NCBI GenBank assembly: GCA_032718475.1
Contig: JAUCBJ010007098.1
Location: 1-64,000 of the forward strand
DNA: 64,000 bases
Source of the DNA: Nemertoderma westbladi
Taxonomy: Eukaryota; Animalia; Xenacoelomorpha
Reading direction: 5' to 3'
A program made the translations under genes and the position numbers. Below, one piece after another: positions 11,326 through 20,124 of the stretch. Position 1 is the first letter of the stretch. Each line of letters begins with the position of its first letter. The notes under the pieces were generated by a model. That model ran no database searches, had not been told where the DNA came from, and saw only the letters and a program-made list of their open reading frames with translations.

Positions 11326-12005
11326 GCTGGACGCAATCCCTTCTCCATTCTCGGTGAATTAATTTCATCTCAATGTTAAATTATCAAATAAGTAAAAGGA
11401 GCAGGTTACAGTGCAATTTATTTTTACAGTGGCACGTTATTCTGTTATTCTAACAAAAAAACGGTCCTACGAATTACCCCAAAACACCCCAAAATACCCC
11501 AAAAGACCCCAAAATAGTATAAAACTACCCCAAAATACCCCAAAATAGTTTAGAATTACCCCAAAATACTTTTTTTTGAGCCTTTGTTTTGGAAATTTAA
11601 TTTACCCCAAAATATGGCAAAATGACGAATTACCCCAAAATAATGACGAATTGAATTACCCCAAAATAATGAAAAATTTTTTCTTCACTCTCGTTTATTG
11701 TTTTGGTTAAAAAAAACTTGCCACTGTAACCTGCTCCTTTCCCTCGCTGTTAAAAAACATTGTTAGCTTATTTTGGGGTGATTTTTTAGCCTTTTTGGGG
11801 TATTTTGGGGTAATTTTTTACTATTTTGGGGTATTTTGGAGTATTTTGGGGTAATTCGTAGGACCCCCAAAAAAAACAATACCGCAACTGAATAAAAGAA
11901 TCTCAATAGAACAGGTTACAGTTTTATTTTTGAGAGTAATCAGCTGTTAATTGAGACGATTTCCTCCTAGAGATAGATTAATTTTGATTGCGTCGAAACT
12001 CCCTT
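11326..12005 (-). mobile_element. Diverged copy of hAT-like MITE family A, split by a nested insertion
   Basis: Contains ctcaatgttaaatt...aaaggagcaggttacagtg...aatagaacaggtta...ttgcgtc, the reverse complement of the 56848-57090 element. Confidence 0.7.
11462..11868. mobile_element. Small foldback MITE with TIRs GGTCCTACGAATTACCCCAAAA and 10-bp subterminal repeats (CCCCAAAATA)
   Basis: ggtcctacgaattaccccaaaa at 11463 and ttttggggtaattcgtaggacc ending 11865; flanked by caaaaaaa on both sides (possible TSD). Confidence 0.8.
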
Positions 12006-12354
12006 TGGCCGAGTTTTGAAGCCTCTGTAAGTTTAAAATTAAATCGATACCCACTTCTTCAAGATTTAAAATAACATATGCAGATATGGAATTTACATTA
12101 CAATTATTTGCTGTAAGAAATAATTCTACCAGAATTCCACAAAACTAATATCACTCATACCGTACAATATTCAGTGTTCAGTCAAATATTACCCTAAGAC
12201 TACCAACAGACCAATCAACTGTTTACTATATGGGGTTTATTAATCACAGTGAAACTCAAAATAACACAGAGCCAACGGGAACAGTTCTCTGTCAAACAGC
12301 CATATGACAAGAGGTGATAATCAATTTCACTGGTTTGTGCATCTCAACCACAGA

Positions 12355-12590
12355 ACAGTGGACACTGGACGCAATAAAAATTCATCTCTCTCCAGGGGAA
12401 ATTGGACGCTAATAACAGCTGAATACGAGCAAAAATAAAACTGTAACTTGTTTTATTGCGTTTAGTTTATTGTTTTGGTTAAAATAACATGACACTGTAA
12501 CCTGCTCCTTTCCCTAAATTGAGAATTTAACATTGAGGCGGGATATTAATTCGCCAAGGCGGGTTTTGCGTCGAGTTTCCCCCCTGACTC
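12355..12590 (+). mobile_element. hAT-like MITE family A copy
   Basis: High similarity to 56848-57090 (ggacgcaataaaaattcatc...cactgtaacctgctcctttccctaaattgagaatttaacattgaggcgggatattaattcgccaaggcgggttttgcgtc). Confidence 0.85.
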
Positions 12591-13624
12591 ATTTTATGGT
12601 ATATTTATCATTTTACGGTCTTCTCGCTATTTCATGTTTTTCTGTCAAGTGTTTAAACAATTAAACAAGTCTTCTAGCTTCTACACCACATGCTTTTACC
12701 GAGACCTACGTGAGCGCCCTACCCAATCTGACCATGACCTCTGACCTGTACCGTACAGTCCTCCTACCCAAGGTAACCAGCACCCTTTTTTTACATTTCA
12801 CAAAACAGGGGCATCAGAGCATTAGATGTCTGGATGTAGTACAAACTACGGTACCCCCCCCCCCCCCCCCCCCCCCCATGAAATGAAATTAATATTAATA
12901 TAATATAGTAGCAATTCTATAAGATATTCAATAGGCCCTATTCATTTTTAATTAATTTCTAAATTCGCCAATCATTACAATTGAAATATCAGATTTGAGA
13001 ACTCGTATTGTAAATTACCATAAAAAATTGTTATTTTTGTCTATAATTTAAATTTAGCGAAAAGGTGACCCCCATCGCACACCACGACAATTCTAACGAC
13101 AGGAAGAATAGACGTATGATAGCGGCAACTTAGGCATTCATTTTACAGTTATTTTGGTCAGATATTATCAATTTTATATCAGTTTCAATGGCGGAAAACT
13201 ATACAAACCTAGTGGGTTTCGTAGTAGTTTTTCTAGAATAATTAAATATATTCTAGATTGACAAATACACTCTCGCTGCGAGAATGACATCTCGCTCCCG
13301 CAGCGAGAATGACATGTGCATTTGACCAGAACGGCGCCCCATATATTTAGTACCGGTACGATTGTGGGTACATAGTAAAAAAAAACGTAGAACTTTTTTT
13401 CAATATTCACTCCTTTCTCGACCCTTTATTAGGCCTACTGTGTTAACTTCGTTGTCGCCGTTGAATAAAATACCTTGAGAAAGGTTATACTATTATTGTA
13501 TATTTATCTAATGTAGGCCTCGTGAACTGAAGTAGAGGTATCTGGTATATAATATGGTAGACAAGTAATACAGATAAATCAATATTAATTTAATACTGCA
13601 ATAATATAACGGGAATAGAAGAGG

Positions 13625-15358
13625 ATGCGATCTGCGCGAAGTAGAAAAGCAGTACCGGGACCTTCACCCGCTTCATCAAATTACCCAACTGTAAATCCAG
13701 GCGGATGGGATTCGGGCGATAATGTTATTATTTATTTGTCGCTGCCTAAACTTTTGGACGCCAACAACGCACTGCCCGAAGATTTAATATTTTTGAACAC
13801 ACTCACCGGTGCGGTGATATCACGGGTTCAAGGTATGGCGTGTCGCGTCTCCATATCGGGTTCGGGTGCGGACGTTATTAAATGCTGGGAGCTCGTCAAC
13901 GAATGGTCGCAAAACAAGCTGGGTTCCCGCCCGCACCCGTTGCTAGAACTCGGTGACACCCAACCGGTCTCCCGATTCATTAATACTCCGGCCGTAAATA
14001 CCGCCCCAGTGGGCGCCCGTGGGAGAGGGAGAGGGCGGGGCGCAGTAGGGCGTGGAGTGGGTGCACTATCCGCCCAGCTCGACAAGCTGAGCTCAAATCC
14101 CGGACTCAATAGGTTCGCCGCTCCAACAGGAACCGCTCGCGGTGCCTTCCGTCGAAGTCCATTGAAACAATCTCCTGCGAACTCCTTACGAGGCGATGTC
14201 GTTACAACAACAGAAACGTTTAATAAAAACGTCTCCATTGCCGATGATCGTTTCGCCAATTCTTCGAGTCGGTGTCTCCCATCGGCATCCCGGCCAAGCA
14301 ACATACCCAATTCGGTTCCCTTGTCCCCCTCCACCCTCAATCCACAGGCCAACGCCTTCCAACCCCGTTCCAACAATCCCTACTTCCAGAACGACGCCCA
14401 GCTAGATGCTCTCGCATCTGTGATGAATCTCTTACCGGTTAAAACGAAAGTCATCCACTCCGTGTCGAACGTGGAAGAGGTTCGTGTTGAGAACGGTAGC
14501 GGTGATAAGAAGGATGTTGATAACGATGCTGACAATGACAGCGCAATATCCAACACCACAGTATCTTCGTTATCCGACGAAGAAACAGCTGGTAAACCTG
14601 ACCTCATTGACTTCACTGGGAATAATGTGGTTAACGAAGTTATAATTAAACATGTGACTTACTCCCGGAAAGAATTGTTCCGTTTTAGTAGGAATCCTGT
14701 TTGTTTTGAGATTCCCTCGTCCTTGGTTTGGGTGGTTGATGCCGAGGACACTGTGCTTCCGGCTGATACTCGGAACGACTTTGCGGCCGACCCCGATAGG
14801 GCCATGCCTCGTATTGGGGTCCAAACGTCCGTTCAACAATCCCATACTTTCGAGCCTAACCAGTTTCACAAAAGTAATTGTGCAGCTATGCAATTCCATA
14901 AGCATAATGCTATAAAGCAAAGTCAATCAACACAGGGGTTGTTACCCACTCCCCCAGGTCTTCCTTTATTCCAACCAGATCTTGCATCATCTCCTCCGGG
15001 TCTTAAACTACAATCTCCCCAATGTTTTACATTTCTACCATCACCCACGGGTCGCCAAGCATCTCCTCCAGGTTTCCCACCTTATCATCCAGGTCATCTA
15101 CCGTCTCCCCCAGGTTATCCACCCCTTCCATCATCCCCTTCAGTTACTTCATCCTCCCCTCCACTCGTCCCTCTCAGTAATACTCCTGCTCCCCAGAAGA
15201 GTAGCAGTTGTGTAGATGCCACGTTAATCACCGAAACCCCGAAATACCCTGGAAAGGATGTTATAATAGAAGGGGAAGGGATTGTTGAGCCGGTGTCTAG
15301 TCTTTCTTCGTCTGCGACCAATTCCGTTATCCTAATGGACATCCCGATAGGAGAATAA
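13625..15358 (+). CDS. Intronless 577-aa orphan protein: KH-like N-terminus, RG repeats, YxxxxL-phi motif, Pro/Ser-rich C-terminus
   Basis: 1734-bp non-repetitive ORF, GC-richer than its AT-rich flanks. The motifs were recognised by eye (see findings); function is inferred. Confidence 0.75.
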   Translation: MRSARSRKAVPGPSPASSNYPTVNPGGWDSGDNVIIYLSLPKLLDANNALPEDLIFLNTLTGAVISRVQGMACRVSISGSGADVIKCWELVNEWSQNKLGSRPHPLLELGDTQPVSRFINTPAVNTAPVGARGRGRGRGAVGRGVGALSAQLDKLSSNPGLNRFAAPTGTARGAFRRSPLKQSPANSLRGDVVTTTETFNKNVSIADDRFANSSSRCLPSASRPSNIPNSVPLSPSTLNPQANAFQPRSNNPYFQNDAQLDALASVMNLLPVKTKVIHSVSNVEEVRVENGSGDKKDVDNDADNDSAISNTTVSSLSDEETAGKPDLIDFTGNNVVNEVIIKHVTYSRKELFRFSRNPVCFEIPSSLVWVVDAEDTVLPADTRNDFAADPDRAMPRIGVQTSVQQSHTFEPNQFHKSNCAAMQFHKHNAIKQSQSTQGLLPTPPGLPLFQPDLASSPPGLKLQSPQCFTFLPSPTGRQASPPGFPPYHPGHLPSPPGYPPLPSSPSVTSSSPPLVPLSNTPAPQKSSSCVDATLITETPKYPGKDVIIEGEGIVEPVSSLSSSATNSVILMDIPIGE

Positions 15359-15949
15359 TCCATTCGTTATAAAGGTTGTATTAAGGTTGATGGAAGATTG
15401 TCTTAAGGTTTATGTAAGGTTGATTTTATACAGTTTATATATTTAGTAGATTTATTATCAAAGGAGCGCCAGCCTATAATGGGCGGCTGTGCTAGGTGTG
15501 AGGGGTAGAAAAATGTTACCGTACCTCTAATTTTTGAGTAATTTTTTTTATTGTCTAGGTATCCGAGTAAAGTAAATGTTTATTTTGATTTATTTTGGGG
15601 GGGGGGGGGTGGGGTGGGCTCCTCAATACACAGACGTTATTGGACTGCAGGTGAAAGGGTTCACAAATCCTCTGTGATAATAAACTCAAACGTAGGAACC
15701 AATTCCGATTGATTGGTACTGATTGATTTATGTATTTATTGTTGATATTTCGGAGGAATGAGTGGTTGCATATTATGGTTTTGTACATTTGTGTTACACC
15801 GGGTTGGAAGTCTGGCGATCTAACCTACCCGATAGCAGCTCACATAAAGGCGTGCGCCAGGCTCAGACTTTCTACCAGGAGGTGAACAGTTTGATATCAA
15901 TGTCGAATTGGATAAGGTTATTCATAACGTTTAAGATTACGGTCTGTTT

Positions 15950-17583
15950 TAGGGTTGTCCCGGAATCGATATTTTGATTCCGGCCGGGACCGGAACCGGA
16001 ATTCAATATGCCGGAATATTCCGGATGAAATACTAGAATCTTTGGACCCATGAAACTTTATATTTTTTGTGAAATAAGTTATTTTTTCAAATTTCTAAAA
16101 ACCCAAGATTACCAATGAGACCAATCAGATACTTTGGGAAAGTTTTGGTGGGGGAAGTGGAGAGTGGCCTGACCCGGAAGCAGGATAAATTGATTTTGGG
16201 TGGGGGGTACTTAGGCCTTAACACTATGTGGTCAGGTCTATTTCACTATTTCTCAGAGCACTTGTGAAAAATCTTTTATGGTAGTGCAACCATCAAATTT
16301 TTATCAATTTGTGGTACTACATTATACATATTGTACATATTAAAAAGTACCATAATCCCTCAGAAAATATATTTTTGAATGTCATATACGAATTCACCTA
16401 CTCAGAAAACCCATAAGGCCATAAAATCAGGTTGATTTGTTAATGAGTTATGATTATCAAATCGTAAAAAGAAGAAAAATGTCTTGTATTTTTCGTGCCT
16501 CTTTTCAATATGTCCAAAAATGCCACAATGAATCGGAGATGATATTTTTGAGTGTCATATTCATGATCAGCATCCCGGAAAACCCCTATTGTCATAAAAT
16601 CAGTTTGATTAGTTGGTTTTCATTATCATCTTTGCACTACTTGTTTTTTTGTTTTTTCGCGCCCCAGGGGGCACATTCAAAATTACTAGAAATTATCTCT
16701 AATGTTTTTTTAGTTGATTTTCTAGAATCGCGATCAGCATCTAACCGCTATATATACAGCAAATAAATTAATTTTCGCGAGCCATTAAAACTTTTGATAA
16801 TTTTTGCACGAAAAATATTGGAGATCGCTGCCGGAAAAGGACTACAGCACCAAATGTAACGTAGCTATGTTCTTGGCGTTTGCGCTGGTGGATGGCCCAT
16901 TAAATTTTAGGAAAAGTCATGAAATATCGGTTTTCCCACAAAATATGGCTCAAAGATTAATAACAAAAAAATTTCTAAAATGACCACCCCCGGGCCAAAT
17001 AGGGTTAAACGACAGGGATCACTTTCTTTTTTTTTTCCAAAAACCTATTTTTAACCTTGGCCAAAAGTTAGGTTTTAGACTCATACCTAAAACCCTACGT
17101 TGACCAAAACCCTATGTTTCGCGTCTTTAGATGCTTTGGTGCAATATCCTGGTGTCGTTAAAGGAAAGGAGCAGGTAAAATTAACGTGTTATTCGAACCA
17201 AAACAATAAACGAGGGTCAATATTACATATTACAGTTTAATTTTTGCTGGGAATAAATAGATTTATGGTAAGAAATAACTTTGCTGTAAATAGAAATAAA
17301 ACTACTGTATTATAGGACCTAAAGACGCAGGACCTGAACGTAGCGTAATAAAGTTTTATATTAGTTTTAGGTTAGCATAGTGTGTTTGTGTAATATTTTA
17401 TTTCTAACCAAGTAACATGGCAAGCACGAAAAACTAATTGCAACTATTAAACTTGTTAGCAACCTGGTAATCCCGGTAAAATTCCGGCCGGAATTGAAAC
17501 CCATTCCGGCAATTCCGGCAGGAGCCAGAATCGGGCAAAAACCGCCGGAATTACGGCCGGAACGGAATTCCGGGACATCCCTA
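15950..17583. mobile_element. Non-autonomous hAT-type DNA transposon
   Basis: TIRs TAGGGTTGTCCCGGAAT / ATTCCGGGACATCCCTA, perfect 8-bp TSD GTCTGTTT (15942-15949, 17584-17591), and subterminal CCGGAA repeats at both ends. Confidence 0.9.
16222..17004. mobile_element. piggyBac-like MITE nested in the hAT element
   Basis: TTAA on both sides (16218-16221, 17005-17008); imperfect TIRs CACTATGTGGTCAGG / CCGGGCCAAATAGGG. Confidence 0.65.
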
Positions 17584-17627
17584 GTCTGTTTGAGTTAGAT
17601 TTAGACGTAGTTTTTTTGGTTGTTGTA

Positions 17628-17905
17628 AATGGTAGCTCAGTTGGTTGAGCGCCGGGCTTGCAATCTATTGGTTGTAGGTTCAGCCCCGCCAGGGTCCACT
17701 CAGCCTTTCATCCACTGGGGTCGATAAATTGAGTACCAGTTAAAAAACTGGGAGCAAATCTTGGGTTAGGAGTAGCGCCCACCCCTACCCTCGGGTAGCA
17801 GATAGGAGTAGCAGCGCCCACCCCTACCTTCGGGTAGCAGCTATCGAAAGAGGAACCTTCGGGTCGCCTCCGGCCTCGACCGGCTGTTTGGTTGCTTGCT
17901 TTTTT
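17628..17905 (+). mobile_element. tRNA-derived SINE
   Basis: A box TAGCTCAGTTGG, B-box-like GGTTCAGCCC, then ACTCAGCCTTTCATCC...GGTCGATAAATTGAGTACCAG, which resembles (from memory) the conserved central domain of Sauria/Meta-type SINEs. Internally duplicated GGAGTAGC-GCCCACCCCTACCYTCGGGTAGCAG and a (TTGs)n tail. Confidence 0.8.
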
Positions 17906-19383
17906 GGTTAGTTAACATAGTAATGGTAATGCCGAAACCATAATTAAAAATGTCATGTAATTCAAAGCTATTAGTATACCGCAATGCTTACAGAAGTCTT
18001 TTAATTGAAATAAATTTGTAACCGAAACTAATAAATTGTTATAATCTATTTTTTAAACGTGAATTGTGGCGATGCCGGCATGCAATTATCAACCCTGTAT
18101 AGTTATAGTATAAGGCGGCGTATAAGGACGAGACTTTATGATAAATATGTTATTGTTTAATATGTATTAGTGATTATTATCAATCAATGTGGTGGTTTGG
18201 GGTTGGGAGAGGGACATGTCTCTATTGGCATTACTTGTTGTAGTAATTACATTTTTTTTCATTTGATTTTGATTATATAATTAATTATCTCAGCTGTGCT
18301 TTTCATTTTGCAATTGTAATACTATTTCGTTAAAAGGTTTTTTTTTTGAGAGCTACGTAGACACATTTGTTGGTTATTTCTTGTCTGGCGGTCGTTTAAA
18401 CTACTTAGCGATATATAATATATTATTATATTATATATAATTAAGAATTTATACAAACTGAACTACTCGGTTGACTACAGTTGGAAATAAGGAGATAATT
18501 ACAAAAAAATAAATACATTGACTCCGAAGAGTTTTCCACCCCTTTGAATTTATACCGTCAACATGATCAAATAACAGGGTAGCCTTCATATTATGTATTT
18601 ATCTATTTATTGTTTGTGTTAGAAACTTCAACGATAATTTTCCCAAATGTTTTTTAAATTTATTTATTTTATAAAAAAACGTATTTATATAATAAATTAA
18701 TTATAACCTGTGAGTGCCTACATAGGTTAATATTTATATTGGTCTCATATGTGCAATATAACATGGTGGATAGTGTCAAATCTGGTTTAGGCTTCGCACT
18801 AAATTTAATTTAGGTTAAATTTGGTGATATCTAGTTTGCCTACCTGTGGCAGTGTGAACTAAGAATACGTCCCCAGATCAGATTTAGTCAATTTAGTTAC
18901 TAGTAGTACCCCCAATGTGCCTTTAATACTAAAGCGATAGATCACTTGAGCTTTTAAACTTTGGTGATAATTTAATATCAATTTTTGTTTTGTAAGTTTG
19001 CAAATATTCTTCTTAATACAATAAATTATTTAAATGGGGAACAATTATTACATGGTCTGATCATAATAATTAGTCTCTCTTATTCTAAGAACTCGGAAAA
19101 ACAATTACATATGCCTTCAAATGAAGGTGTATTGCGATAATGTGTAGCACCCCCCCCCCCCCCGGATTTTTTTTCAATAAAACAGAAGGATGGGATCGAT
19201 GTAAACTGATGTCAGTATTTACGTCTTCCCTTCTGCTTGAACACTATGAGTATACTGTATGACCCATCCTCCTCTACGCCATATTCCAATCTACATATTA
19301 ACAATATCAGCTGTGTTTGTGATTATTGATAGTAACAATGTGTTGGCAAGCTGTATTTTTCGAGGTGTTTGTTATTATACATT

Positions 19384-19508
19384 TATTATAGGAAGGGATC
19401 TAGGGGTCTTAACCTCGAATGATAAGTTTATTTTACCGAAAATAACTTATTTTCGGTAAAATAAACTTATCATTCGAGGTTAAGACCCCTAGATCCCTTC
19501 CTATAATA
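19384..19508. repeat. Perfect palindrome, 62-bp arms with 1-nt centre
   Basis: tattataggaagggatc...accgaaaataa-c-ttattttcggt...gatcccttcctataata; centre at 19446. Confidence 0.97.
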
Positions 19509-20124
19509 GCTGTGTTTGTGGCGGTTTCAAGGACTGATGGACCCCAGACAGAGAGAGGGGCCTCTGATAGACAAACAAAGAAGGTTAGCTATGTAGGCCT
19601 ATGTTTCTACTTAAAGGGAAGCTATGGTTAAACTTAATTGGTAAGCAAGCCTAAGCTATATTTCTACTAAAAGATAAGCTATGTTTCTACTAAACCTCAC
19701 TTAAATGTAACTTATGTATTCAGGGTTAAAGTTTAACACATCACATTAAACTATGGAATTTTTTTTTGTAGTCACGTTTTTTTTATTAAACTGCTTAATT
19801 TATTCGAAATCAGATGATCAATTTCGGATTCAATCGGCATCACATTTGTTTTGAAATTGACAACGCAATTGATTGTTTATCACGAAGTTGGGTAATGGGC
19901 TATACAATCGTCATAGTGTCACCTATAATACGATTGTCTGGCTAAATACTAGAATATATCAATTTCTCTACAGCGCAGCGCCCCCATGTGGTATATTTCG
20001 TAACTGCAGATGTGTCAACAAAACAGCAATTATTGATAATCTTTTCAGAAGAATCATGTGGTAGAACCGTCAACATCCAATGCTGTCCTTTTTGTAAATT
20101 ACAATCACTAAAATTATGACTGTA

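Noticed and set aside
17628-17700. Functional tRNA gene
   Set aside because: Poor acceptor/anticodon stems and a degenerate T loop; continues into a SINE body.
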